Below, piece by piece: positions 47,681 to 59,345 of a stretch of 64,000 nucleotides of DNA. Source of the stretch: Camelus ferus (Eukaryota). The notes below the pieces were generated by a model. The model saw only the letters and a program-made list of their open reading frames with translations, was not told where the DNA came from and made no database searches. The DNA is taken from assembly GCF_009834535.1 (NCBI RefSeq), contig NC_045701.1:85250001-85314000 (forward strand), in the 5' to 3' direction. Position 1 is the first letter of the stretch. Each line of letters begins with the position of its first letter. The translations under genes and the position numbers were made by a program.

Positions 47681-47939
47681 AGGTGGAGAGAAAACCTGTC
47701 AGGTCCTTGCCTGGGAGCCTAGGGAAGATGGGGTCGCACAGCCCATGTGGTACTCACAGCCACCCCGGCCCGTGAAACCAAGGAAACGTCCTAAATGACT
47801 ACCGTAGCCTGTGTAACACAGGGCACCCAAATTGTAGGGCATGCCACCTTTTACTCATCCAGTCATCCGCTAATGGATATCTGTGTCGCTTACAGATTTG
47901 GGTCCTTATGAAGAATTATGCTATGAATATTTTCATACA

Positions 47940-48335
47940 CAGGCACATCTTGCTTTACTGTGCTTCACAGATGCTGCATTTTATGCCTCTGGGTCGCATT
48001 TCAGTAATTCTTGCAATATTTCAAACTTTTTCATTGTTATGGAATTTGTCATGGTGATCTGTGAGCAGCAATCTCTGATGTTACTATCACGACCCACAGA
48101 AGGCTCGGGTGATGGTTAGCATTGTTGAACAATAAAGTATGTTTTAATTTATGTATAGACATTGTTTTTTTTTTTAAAGGTAGGATGCTANNNNNNNNNN
48201 NNNNNNNNNNNNNNNNNNNNNNNNNNNNNNNNNNNNNNNNNNNNNNNNNNNNNNNNNNNNNNNNNNNNNNNNNNNNNNNNNNNNNNNNNNNNNNNNNNNN
48301 NNNNNNNNNNNNNNNNNNNNNNNNNGCATGCCTGT
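47940..48335 (+). mobile_element. Tigger1-derived non-autonomous element (TcMar-Tigger)
   Basis: Starts caggcacatcttgctttactgtgcttcacag, contains ttgcaatatttcaaactttttcatt...gtgatctgtgagcag, ends gcatgcctg (terminal inverted repeat) after the gap. Confidence 0.85.
48191..48326. other. Assembly gap (136 N)
   Basis: Run of N. Confidence 1.
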
Positions 48336-48810
48336 TTGTCTTTGATGGACATATGTACACGTTTTTATTGAATGAATACTAGGAGTAAGGGGTTGGGACA
48401 CACAGCACGCATAGATTGAACTTTAGTAGATAAGGCTTCATAGTTTTCCAAAGCAAATGGTACCGATTTCCACTTCTACTAGCAGTGTAGGAGCAGTCTT
48501 GTAGCTCTATGTCTTGGCCAACACTTGGTATTCTTGGTCTTAACTCTCAGCCATTCTGGTGGGACTGAAGTAGCATTGCACTCTGACTTTATTTTGCATC
48601 TCTCTTACAACTAATTCAATAAAACATCTTTTCACATGCTTATTGGCCATTTGGGTGTTTTCCTTCATGAAATACTCATTCAAATCACTTACCAACTTCC
48701 CTATTGGATTCTCTGTCATTTTCCTATTGATTTGTAAGCATTCTTTACATATGGTGGCTACCAGTCTTGTGTCAATTTATATGTACTGCAAATGTCTTCT
48801 CCCACTCTGT
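48336..48810 (-). mobile_element. L1M fragment (host of the Tigger; also 47860-47939)
   Basis: ggccaacacttggtattcttgg...cagccattctggtggg...catgcttattggccatttgggtg. Confidence 0.82.
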
Positions 48811-50909
48811 GAGGATATTACAGAGGAGTTAAATCTAATGTGCTCAGGACACACAGCTAGTAAGGTCTGTCATTCTTTGCCAAGAATAGATGATAAGTGC
48901 CCACAAGGTTGGTCTTCATGCTACACTAGCATCACTTAAAACTCTAAATTTAACACATCCTTGGCCAAATGCAGAGCACTGACATCAGCAATCATGGACC
49001 ATAGACGGGTGCAAACAGAACAGCCCTGATTTACACTGCAGGCTGGCATTGGATTAGAACACCCTGAACCTTAACACTCTTGCCCTGATGCAATTAATCT
49101 GGGAGATTCCAGCCTGTCTTAGAAGTGTTCGCTCTGTCCCGGGTGGACAATGCCTATTTCACAGCAGCTGTTGGGGGCCTCCCTGGCTGGATGCTGCACA
49201 CGAAGGTGCCCCATGGCTGGGGGCAGAGCTGTTCACACCCGCAAAAGAGTCACCCTCAGGAGCCAGGAGCAAACCAGACCAAGAGCTGCCCAATGACAAA
49301 TATGAAATATGTTGGGTGACCAGTATTTGCTGGGGTTGGGACTCCATCAAAGGTTTTTAATTACTGTTAAGAGGATCTTTGAGGAGTCTGTGGCTTTCCA
49401 GTCTGGGTGACTGAAAGATTAGTTCTGGCTGATTGGCAGACGGTGGGTGGTGGGTACAAGGCCTCATTCAGAAGATTCTCTTTGAGACCCAGCACGTTTA
49501 CTCAGACGGCACTCACTAGCAACGAGGATTGCAAAACCCCCAACAGGCTTAAACATTTTTGCCGTGAAAACTCAAAGTCACCAATTCTAGTTCTTTTTAT
49601 TTTTTCCCCTAGAACCTAGGTCTCTGAACCTCTTGGCCAGGGGTCTTTGCACTACCCTCTAAGGCCTCCTCCTAGTTATTTTTCAAGAAAACGGCCAATG
49701 GTCATCGGAATGGTTGACATTTTGCTAACAATTGCTAACATTTCTGACATATTCTTACTCTGTCTTTACTTCCCAACTCCAAAAAGAGGCTGAATTCCTG
49801 GGGTCCTAGCAGGTAGCAATACCTGATTTAAAAGATAGGCCCAATTTTAGAAAACTCAACGTAGAGAAATGAAGACTCTGGAATTGTGAAACTAGAATCC
49901 TTGAGGGTTGAGAGATAGCTCATCACATTATAAAAGGATCCCAGGTTTCAGCAGAGCTTTTCACCTGGTTGAGTGGACCTCCACTGCTGCATTGAGGGTC
50001 TGGTCAGCCAAAGCATGTACTTTGTACCTACTGTGTTTTGAGCACTGGAGGAGGCGCTGGAACAGCAAAATGATGATGATGTGGCATAAAACCAGCTGTG
50101 ATAGGAAGAAGGCCATGGGAGAGCAGGGAATAGAGCAGTTACTCACGCAGTGCTTTGGAACCCCTCATCCCCTAATTCATCACCCCCTCTTCGTTCTGCA
50201 AGCCCTGTGTTCTATCGTGTAGATCTTACTGCTGCTCTTCTGCACGAGAACCTGTTGGGTGGAGGCATCTCAAGGGCAGTGGTCAACATGTTCTCTCTGG
50301 TCTCCTGGTCCTTAGCACACTGTACCCCTTAGGGCTCCTGGTGCACAGGAGGTGCCCAATAGATGACTGGTGACTCAGTAATCAATACAGGAGTGAGAAG
50401 ACTAGGGCAGACAAAGAAGCCAGAATCTAAGACCTCTGCCAGTTGGATCTCAGAGAAGACTATTACAGCATGAGCCAGTTGGAAAACAGAATTCAATTTC
50501 TTAAAAATTCAAACTACATGGAACATTTTCAGGCACTGAGTGTTCGTTCCACCGTTGGAAATACCCGTGTTAGGTGGAGGGGGCAACAGTGATGATAGGT
50601 TTCAGTGTGGCCTGGGGACAGGAAAGTAGGATGAAGGGCCACTTGTAAAATGATTGAGAGGTTAGCTGATTCAACCAGGAGTTTGTTGGAAAAGCTTTGG
50701 ATTTCTTCACCCACTGGAGGATGGAGGCCAACTGGAAAGTGGTTCAGCGACGAAAGAAGATGGCATCTCAAATCCCATTTGGGTTTTTTTTTCACTTTGA
50801 GGTTTGAAGACAGTTAGCATATCCTCATTGGTTTCCAGTGCTCTCGCAGTACAACCGAATTCCATGCTGTTCCAGAACCACAGAGCATTCTGGCTGGATG
50901 GATCTTGAG

Positions 50910-51019
50910 TAGGGTGGCCAACCGTCCTGGCTTGTCCAAGACTGATCTGTTTTTTTAGCACTGAGAGTCTGTGTCCTGGGAATCCCCTCAGCCCTGGACA
51001 AACAAGGACAGTCACCCAA
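50910..51019. mobile_element. MER81 (hAT-Blackjack) MITE
   Basis: tagggtggccaaccgtcctggcttgtcc...ttttagcactgagagtc...gtcacccaa; ~110 bp with terminal inverted repeats. Confidence 0.88.
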
Positions 51020-51054
51020 GTCTTCATCAACCACTAATGGACCTAGACAAAGCC

Positions 51055-51215
51055 AGGTTCAGGCCCTTATGTCCACTTCTTGGCAAGGTGAACAGGCAAG
51101 TTGCTCTCACTTCCTCCTCTCTAAATCAGGGAGACTAACAATCTCGTTCCAAGGTGGTTGTGGGGATTAATTGAGCGAATGCACAGACGGCACTTTGCAT
51201 GTTGCCTGACCTTAC
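51055..51215 (+). mobile_element. MIR SINE
   Basis: caaggtggttgtggggattaattgagcgaatgcac. Confidence 0.65.
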
Positions 51216-51484
51216 AAAGCAGGAGACGAAGCATGGTCACCATTGTTACATTCCAAACGCCTTCCTACGGATGAAGCCCAGAAAGAAAACTGACTGGCCA
51301 AGGCCTCCCAGCAGAGCACAGTGAAAACGCCAGGATTCCAAGCAACACCCCTGACTCCTAATCCAGTGTGCTTCCTTAAACCAGACCAACAGAGCCACGC
51401 CCCCCCCCAAGGCCCTCCAGGGTCTCTGCCAGACACTTGCCCCACACACGTTTGTCCCACATTCAGTGCAAAAGCCATTGCAGC

Positions 51485-51950
51485 AACTGGGACTCTCTGG
51501 TCGCAAGCAACAGAAAGAGACTTTGGCTAACCAAGAAGAAAGGGAGGTTATGGGAAGGACAGAAGGGTTCCCAGGACCACATGGAAAGCCAAGGAGCCAG
51601 CTTGGAAGAGGCAGGTCAGATGGGTCAGGCAGCCCCTCAGGGCACTGCTGGCAGTAGGGACCATGTGACAGTCACTCCAAGGTGCTGCCGTGAGAATGAG
51701 TGTATTCCAAAGAATTCTTCCATCCTTGAGCCCACCCAAAGGGACAGGGCCCAGGGGATAGAGCCCAGCTGGCCAAGTTCACTGCTTGGCAGGGCTGGGG
51801 AGGGAAAGAAAGGATGGAACAGAAGAGCCTCTGGAATTCATCTGCTTCTGCATCAGGAGGGCAGGCACCACCACCCAGTGGGCCACCAGGACTGCATTCC
51901 AAGGGGATGCCCTAACAGGGAAATCTGGCATGAGGCTCGTGGCTCCAAAT
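51485..51950 (-). mobile_element. Old MLT1 (J/K-like) LTR
   Basis: ctctctggtcgcaagcaacagaaagagactttggctaaccaagaagaaagggaggttatgggaagg. Confidence 0.7.
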
Positions 51951-52519
51951 TACAACTGTCCACTCCAGCTGTGAGCTCAGGGAAGATTGTTCTAGAACCT
52001 CCTTGCGATGGATTCACTTCTCTGTTCTCCCAGTAGAATCTGGCCTGAGCTCACCTCAGTTTCCAGGAGGGACCTGCCTGTGCCAACACCTTCCCTCTCC
52101 ATTGTGACATTTTCTTTCCCAGGGGCCACTTCTTTACTCTGCCCCCTCCTCACGCCGCCCACTGAGCTCCCTCAAACCAAGACCCCTGGTGAAGGAACCC
52201 ACTTGAGGCTGGACTAAAACCATAGCTGGCTACAACCTTTGAATCCACATGAAACCCAAGTCAAATATTCCCCCTGGAAGCCAAGTTGCTGCAATTTTGG
52301 TAAAACCACTGTAATGAAACAGTAGTAAATGTCCCAGAAACTCTCAGTGTGAACCGGGACCAGAAGCCCATTTTCCCCGCAAATGGGTCCATTTTTCACT
52401 TTCTCCTTTTCCAAAACGTTCAGAGTAACGACTTGCTGAAAACTTGGACTACGCCACGTTATTTTGAAGTCCGGGCTGTCTTCAAGGTTTTTTACCTCCG
52501 ATTTAACTTGCCGGGCGCC

Positions 52520-52830
52520 TCTGGAGTCTGGTATTAATAATAAATATTATTGCCGTGCATCCTTATTTTTCCCTTAATTTAATTAAAGAAAATGTAATAG
52601 CCCTTATGAAAACAATATATGAGTTTTCAAACCTAATTAACATGATACAAAGTGCGCAGGTCACTAAAATTGGTGTTTTCTCTGGAAAGCTTCCATGCAA
52701 ATAGATAAAAACAAAACTGCATTTAATTCCACAGCCCAGGCTAACAGGCAAATCAGAGATGACGGGCTCTCGCCCGAGGGCTCGGTCTGCCTAGTAGTAA
52801 ATACTTTCCTTTTGTCACGATTCAAGGGAG
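52520..52830. promoter_or_regulatory. Putative enhancer (conserved-element-like; POU/homeodomain/FOX motifs)
   Basis: TTAATTTAATTAA 52574-52586, TAATTAA 52634, ATGCAAAT 52695, AGATAA 52703, GTAAATA 52797. Confidence 0.5.
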
Positions 52831-53999
52831 ACCAAGAGAGATACGCGAACCCTATCAAGTGTTCTGAGGGGGAGTCCAGTCAGCCGTGACCGGGGTTCAG
52901 CTTCGACCATTCACGATCCTTGAGCTGAAAAGCAGCCCAGATGCAAGGGAGCCCCGCTATCCCGCGTGGCTTTTTGTGCTCTGCATGTGGTACCCCCCCT
53001 CCTGGGTGCCTGGTCAAGGCTGGCCCATCATGGGCGCCGAGCATCCTTCATCCTCCTCCAATGAGCCTCCGTGGGCGCTGGGCTCTGGCCGGTCACCAGG
53101 CGGAGCGAGCAGAGCCCCAAGCTCCAAGCCTGACCCTCCAGGGTTCTCTCCAAAGCCAAGCAGGAGGCACTGCAGTTATTTGGTGGGGAAAGCAGCGCCC
53201 CCCGAATGCCTGGCTTGGACTCTGCCAGGAACCTCTCCAGCCTCTCCAAAGTGCACACGTGGGCTCACTGCTCAGGCCACGCCTCCTTCCTTCCTTCCAG
53301 CAGCAGCCCCACAGCCGGAAGTTCATCCCATTCGAATCCAGCCCCCCTCAACCCCAAGTGGAGACTGGGGCAAGATTCCCACCTCTGTGAGGCTGGTGTG
53401 TGAAACAGAGATAGTAAGAACGTCTATCCCCTCGTGTTGGAGGGAGACTTAAAGTGCCTATTGAGTGCTTAGCACATAGTAGGAGCTTTATACTTGTCAC
53501 TTTCATTTTCTCATCTCTAGAGCTGACAACTCTGACTTATTTTATCCAAAGTCTGAATATGGAGAAGGGAAAAGCTTCTTTTCTGCAGTCCCCCATCTTC
53601 TCTTCTGTAGTCTCATAAAGCAGCAGCCCACAGGCCTTTAAAAAGGGTTTTGGATTCCTGCTGCTGGAGGAGTAGCTGGATCTTTGTGTCCAGGTCAGGG
53701 AGCTGGATGTGTAGAGGGAGAGAAGGGACAAGGGAAGGAGGGCACAGCCCCAGGGACAGAGGCTTCAGTACCCAGGGATGAAGCAGGGTTCGCAGCACAC
53801 ACAGCTGGGTTCTGGTTGGTTCTGTCCCAGGGAACTGGAGCAGGGACTACGAACGTCAGACTAACGCAGAAAGCCAGTGGACCCTACCTGCCAAGGGCAG
53901 CGTGGCTCCGCAGGGTGGGAGCAATGGGTCCAGATACCAGGCTCACGAGTGGCCAAGATGAGTCTGTGCAAGCCTGCTGGTTCCCAACACGGTGCTCCT

Positions 54000-54230
54000 C
54001 CCATTCATCAAACGAGGAGCCAACTAATTATAATACACCAGTTGGAAAAGAACTTGTTTACAGTCAGACACGATTATGTTGCCATGATAGTTATGTAAAT
54101 GACAGCCATTATTATTAAAGCATGCTTCCTAAATGCATGTGTAACAAATGCTTTGACAAACAAGGCGCAGGCACCAGGTGTGGCTAATGGTGCTGATTCT
54201 AATGTTCACTGATTCACCCGGGCATGTGGT
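54000..54230. promoter_or_regulatory. Putative enhancer (FOX/homeodomain/MEIS/T-box motifs)
   Basis: CTAATTA, TGTTTAC 54055, GTAAATGACAG, AGGTGTG in unique sequence. Confidence 0.4.
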
Positions 54231-55970
54231 TTCTGTTGGCAAACTCGAAGCTTCCTTTGACTGAGTTGTGGCTGTGGGTATGTGTGTGTGTGGTCGTATG
54301 TGGTCCAGAGAAAAGAGCGCCTGTGAGACAAAGCAAAAAGAACACCCCTAAGCTGACTTTTAATAAACATAGAAGCTTAATACAGGTTTATCTCCTCCCT
54401 CTTTCTCTAACATCTTCCGAAGTTGGCGATAAAGGGATAATGAAGGTACGAATCCTCAAAACACAGGAGAACTGGGGGGGAGAGGTAGATGCCAGAAGAT
54501 AAGAATTGACCAAAAATTATTGGATGGACAATGGTAACGGATTTAGCGGAGCAGTACCTGCTGTTGGGGGAGGGCAATTCAAACATCAAGCTGATTCAGG
54601 AACCAGACCCACAGAGACCCAGGAGGTGGAGGCTGTAGGTACTTCAGTGGGTTGGAAGCCAGATGTGTTTTGAAACAAGAAGATTGGTCCAGAAGTCATG
54701 TAAAGAGCAGCTAGGACCTCAGTGTCCTTTCTCATCATGCTCAAGCATGCGGTACCTGCCCTGCATGTCAGCAGAAGGCAAAGGTTAATCTCTGAAGAAG
54801 CAGAACCAGGGAGGGTCAGAACCCAAGGACAGCAGGCACAGCTGAGGCTAGGGTGGGCACCATATTGAAAACAGGAGGTTGAGGAAAAGTGTTATGTTAA
54901 ATGGTGAGACCTCCTGGCCCTTCCCCCAGCAGGCTTCCAAGATGCAGGTAGCATCTGCCATAAGGATGAGCCTGGAGCAGACCTCTCTGGGAGAACTGAT
55001 TAGGCTGCCAAAACAAAAAAAGGAAAAGAAAACTATCGCTACTCACACTTGCGGTCCTTCAATGAAGCAGCCATCATTCTGTAAAGAGGCCCACAAGTCA
55101 ATATGTCCCACACTGCATCCAAAGCTTCCAACTGGCTTTTCAGGGCTTTGTTCTTAAATATGAACAGACAGACAAGAATTATGAGACCTCTGAGAAGAGC
55201 ACTAAAACCAGACAACTGTAGAACAAAGGAACATGTAGGAAACAGAGACTTCAAAAACACTAATTAATATCTTCAGAGAGATAAGAGAAAATATTGGATC
55301 CAAGAACAGGATGTCATTTATAGAGCGCTTCGAAACTAAAACCTACTTCAAATAAAAACTCAGTAAAGGGTTGGAAGATCTAATTGAGGGGATCTTTAAA
55401 AAAAAAAAAAAAGTAACAGAAGGACAAAGAGCTGGAAAATAGAAAAGCCAGAGAAGTAAGAGGATCAGGGCAGGAGGTCCAACATCAAATTATTAGGGTT
55501 TCCAGACAATGACAGAATTGAGAAGGGAGAAAGAAAAACAATGACCAAATAATACATTTCAGTCTGGTGGGATGCAATCAAATGAGTTTCCAGATTGAAA
55601 TGGCCCACCGAAGACCTAGCTCAAGGTGCTCACCAAGGGACATCATCTAGAAATTCTAGAAAATTGGGGCTAAAGGGATCCTACATGCTTCTGGGAGGTG
55701 GGAAGTGCAGGTGATATACAAAAAAAAAAAATCATGAGTCACAATGGTATTGAATTTCTCAATAATTGAGAGGTAAAAGATGATGGAACTTTCCAAGGGA
55801 AATGATTTCCAACCAAAAATTATATACACAAAGTATGTGAGGGTAGACTAAAGACAATTTTAGGTATTGAAGGTGTCAAAAAATTTGCTTCCATGAATCA
55901 TGTTTGAGATCACTGCTAGAGGATGCACTCCACCAAAGTCAGGGAGTAAACCATGAAAGAGGAAGATGGG

Positions 55971-56371
55971 TGTCTTGATCTACTCGGGCTGCCACAACAG
56001 GATACCATAGAGTAAGTGCCTTAATGAACAGTAGTCTATTTTCTCACCGTTCTGGAAGCTGGAAGTCTAAAATGAAGGTGCCAGCAAGCTGGGTTTCTGG
56101 TGAGAGCTCTCCTCCTGGCTCACAGACAGCTGCCCTCTTGCCATGTCCTCGCAGGGCCTTTTCTCCATGCATGTGCATGAAGAAAGAGAGATTCCTCTCT
56201 TCCTCTTCTTCTTCTTCTTTTTAAATTTATTAAAAATTGAAGTATAGTCAGTTTACAACATTGTGTCAATTTCTGGTGTAGAGCCAAATGGTTCAGTCAT
56301 TCATATACACACATATATTCCTTTTTATATTCTCTCTCCTTCTTCTTACAAGGCCACCAATCTTATCAGAT
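55971..56371 (-). mobile_element. MLT1A-type LTR
   Basis: tgtcttgatctactcgggctgccacaacaggataccatag...ctggaagtctaaaatgaaggtgccagc; resumes ttacaaggccaccaatcttatc. Confidence 0.88.
56217..56331 (-). mobile_element. Camelid/cetartiodactyl L1 3' tail inserted in MLT1A
   Basis: aattgaagtatagtcagtttacaacattgtgtcaatttctggtgta; TSD 14/16 identical at 56195-56210 and 56332-56347. Confidence 0.85.
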
Positions 56372-56510
56372 NNNNNNNNNNNNNNNNNNNNNNNNNNNNN
56401 NNNNNNNNNNNNNNNNNNNNNNNNNNNNNNNNNNNNNNNNNNNNNNNNNNNNNNNNNNNNNNNNNNNNNNNNNNNNNNNNNNNNNNNNNNNNNNNNNNNN
56501 NNNNNNNNNN
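56372..56510. other. Assembly gap (139 N)
   Basis: Run of N. Confidence 1.
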
Positions 56511-56884
56511 GTGCAACAGGTAGTTTGACATGAAATTAAGGAAATTTCTAGGATGACAGCTGGGCAACAGATCTAGAGGACAACCAGAGCAAGAGCAGAG
56601 GATGGAAGTTCCCTGGAATTAATCAGTAAACTGGCAAATTACTCAATGTGTTTGAATGTATCAAGAGATAGTTCACACTTCCAACAAAAAAACCTGGGAT
56701 ATATCGGAAAAGACATTTTTTTTTTAAAAGTCCATAATCAGCTATTTGATAAGCAGTAATTACTATAAGGAAGAAAATTCGACCACAATATACTGTATAG
56801 CTTAGCACTGAACAATATTTACATAGTCCTAACATTGTAAATATTGAATACTGATTTTTTAAAAATTGTGACATGACTATATTG

Positions 56885-56987
56885 TTTGTTTGTTTGTTTG
56901 TTTTTAAATGGAGGTACTGGGGATTGAACCCAGGATCTTGTGCATGCAAAGCTTGTGCTCTACCACTGAGCTATGCCCACCCTCCCT
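56885..56987 (-). mobile_element. Vic-1-type camelid tRNA-derived SINE
   Basis: Minus strand reads gggagggtgggcatagctcagtggtagagcacaagctttgcatgcacaagatcctgggttcaatccccagtacctccatttaaaaacaaac; A box TAGCTCAGTGG, B box GGTTCAATCC; TSD 14/16 at 56869-56884 and 56988-57003. Confidence 0.9.
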
Positions 56988-57329
56988 TGATATAACTATA
57001 TTGAACCTAAGTGTATTATATTTTTGGCCTATGACAGTGTTATAAAATTGTCAGAGTATCAAGGTTTGCTCTATGTAAAGCATCACCCCTTTCAATACAA
57101 GGCAGGGTCTCCCTCTCCTCTGAGCTCCAATCACCCAGTACTCCCATCTCTCCCAGCCCTTAAAATACTACATTGTCCTTGTCAGTTTACATATCAGCCT
57201 CCCCAAGACTGTCCTAGAGCATATTTAGTGAAGGAGACAGAGAAAAGACACAGCAAATGCTAGCATTGTCACCTATTAGAAGTGCTAAGAGATATGAGAA
57301 AAAGAACAATTAGGACAGGGTAAGGGAGG

Positions 57330-57560
57330 CTAGGAGTACAAGAGGAGGGATCATTCTGCATTATTAAATAGGAAATGGGGAGCCATTGAAGGTTTTTGAG
57401 CAGAGGAGGGACCTGATCTGATTCATGACTGCAAAGGGATCACTCAGGGGCTATTGCAGCCATCCAGAGAAGGGATGATGGGGACTCTGCCGAGGTGGTG
57501 GCAGTGGAGGTAGGAACAAAGAATTGAGATTCTGTTTGATATCAGATTTTCTTGGGAAAT
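57330..57560 (-). mobile_element. L2 LINE fragment
   Basis: ggaaatggggagccattgaaggtttttgagcagaggagggacctgatctg. Confidence 0.85.
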
Positions 57561-57979
57561 TTGGAAAGTGAGAACCTGGTTTGGACAGAGCTGTTCCTTT
57601 GACATTCAGTTTCTGTTTTCTGAGAGCCTCTCAATGTGAGTCTTTTCAATCCACTGCCTGGTCCAACATCATGTTGAGGAACCAGGTCCCCAGAGGGGAG
57701 GGAACCTGGAGTCTGCACCTCCTTCTCCGCCACTGCGGCCTCTCACCCACATCTCCTGAGGTTGCTCTTGACAGTTCTGAAATCAGGGTCCTCCCAGGCC
57801 CTTCCAGAGCACAGTCAGGGGAGAAGAATGGGATGGCAGGACCTTGGTCCTGGAGTTTGTGTGGCATAGGAGTCTGAACACACACTACAGAGCAAATGAG
57901 AGAAGGAAGGGCGTGTGTGGTTTACAGAGAGCCCCAGCTCTGGGCAGAGCTCCAGCCCTGACACCTGGTCTCCACTATC

Positions 57980-58125
57980 TCCTTGAACTAGAGCAACCAC
58001 TCCATTTTCCAGATCAAGAAACCCAGGCTGATGGAGACGAGGTGACTTGCCTAAGGTCACCCACAAGCAGAAAGTGTTAGGGCTGGACTAGAACCCAAGT
58101 CTGCTGATTCCAAGCTCCTGGGCTC
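57980..58125 (-). mobile_element. MIR SINE
   Basis: ccattttccagatcaagaaacccaggc...gtgacttgcctaaggtcacc...actagaacccaagtctgctgattcc. Confidence 0.8.
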
Positions 58126-58689
58126 CCCGGAGGGCTGAGGGCAGGTCTACATTTGGGCGAAGGCTTCTAGAGTTCACCCCTAACCTGCTGAACTGACTGT
58201 CTGGAGTCTTACTTGAAACATAGCCTTGGCCTCTGTGGTTTAGAGACATCCAAATGGTGGGAACAACTGCCATTGAGTCCCCCAAACAACCTGTCACTCA
58301 GATCTGCTGATGCCTCTGGACCTTGTCTTCCTGAGGCTTCAAAGCTGGGAGTCCCGGGAAGGCAAGGAAGTTTCCAGAGCCCCTGCCAAGGGACGGATGC
58401 TCTTCCTGCCAGCTCTGATTTCCTGCAGGCTCCTTTTGCTGTCAGACACCCCCATGTTCCACAGGCCCCCTCCCCTGCAGCCACACGTGGGCAGTGCACA
58501 TGTATGCAAACCCCAAGTACAGCTTCTGCGAAGACAGTCATATGGGCAGCAGCTGGGACTCCTGAGTTCCCTTCTACAGGATCTGAAAAGGAGCAAGCAT
58601 CACCTGTGTCCTGCTTTCCCAGGTTGCCTTGAATGGATAATGGAGGGGAAAGAGCAGATCCAAGCTGAAGTTTTCTTTTCAAGATAAAA

Positions 58690-58890
58690 CACAGAAGCTT
58701 TGGAGCCAGATGGGCCAGAATTTGAGGCACAGCTCTTCTGCTTCCCTACATAGGCCTGATGGCAATTTGCCTAAGTTCCTGGAGCTATGGTTTCTAGCCT
58801 GTAAAAAGGAGAGTCCTGCAAGGCTGCTATAAGATCTGCAACGATGTGTGTGAAGTCGCCAGCACGGGACCTGGCACATGGATGCTCGCC
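58690..58890 (+). mobile_element. MIR SINE
   Basis: gctttggagccagatgggccagaatttgaggc...gggacctggcacatgg. Confidence 0.68.
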
Positions 58891-58921
58891 ATTAGGGCTG
58901 GGTATCAAAATCTCACCACGG

Positions 58922-59093
58922 AGTATGATCGTCTCTAGGTCCATTCATGTTGCTACAGGGAACTACATTCAATATCTTGTAATCACCTATAATGAAAAAA
59001 GAATATATATACATGTAACTGAATCACTACACTGTCCACCAGAAACTAACACAACTTTGTAAATCAACTATACTTGATTTAAAAAAAAAAAAA
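58922..59093 (+). mobile_element. Cetartiodactyl L1 3' end with 5' inversion
   Basis: Antisense L1 33-mer (58922-58954) joined to a sense L1 tail and A13; TSD 12/15 identical at 58907-58921 and 59089-59103. Confidence 0.85.
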
Positions 59094-59169
59094 CTCACTA
59101 GGGAGGGACAAGAGTCTTCTAATTTCTTCCCATTTGAGACCAAAACTTTGTACATGTTTTGCAACAGGA

Positions 59170-59345
59170 ACTATCATTTCATCACCACATATTTTATTTT
59201 ACTGTCTGCCCTCTGTCATCCTAGGCGCCATTATTTTTATTGGAAAGAAGAGGAAACTATGGCACAGAGAGGTTTAAGGTCGCCCAACGAGGAGATGGCA
59301 ACTTCACACCCAAAGCATAGGGTGTCCTCCCTGCAAGGACCGGTT
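59170..59345 (-). mobile_element. MIR SINE
   Basis: gaagaggaaactatggcacagagaggtttaaggtcgcccaac. Confidence 0.7.

Larger units (their letters stand above)
54950..57060 (+). mobile_element. HAL1/L1ME-type ORF1-region element, split by later insertions
   Basis: ggtagactaaagacaattttaggtattgaaggtgtcaaaaaatttgcttcc...agggagtaaaccatgaaagaggaagatgg; resumes at 56511 ggatgacagctgggcaacag...gcactgaacaatatttacatagtc. Confidence 0.7.

Noticed and set aside
51437-52036. 199-aa ORF
   Set aside because: Lies largely within an MLT1 LTR
52886-53452. 188-aa ORF beside the 52.5-kb element
   Set aside because: Low-complexity P/S/G/A composition, runs into a MIR, and has multiple equally open overlapping frames
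56905-56987. tRNA-like sequence with A and B boxes
   Set aside because: It has a SINE tail and a TSD, and the acceptor and anticodon stems do not pair convincingly; it is a tRNA-derived SINE, not a tRNA gene
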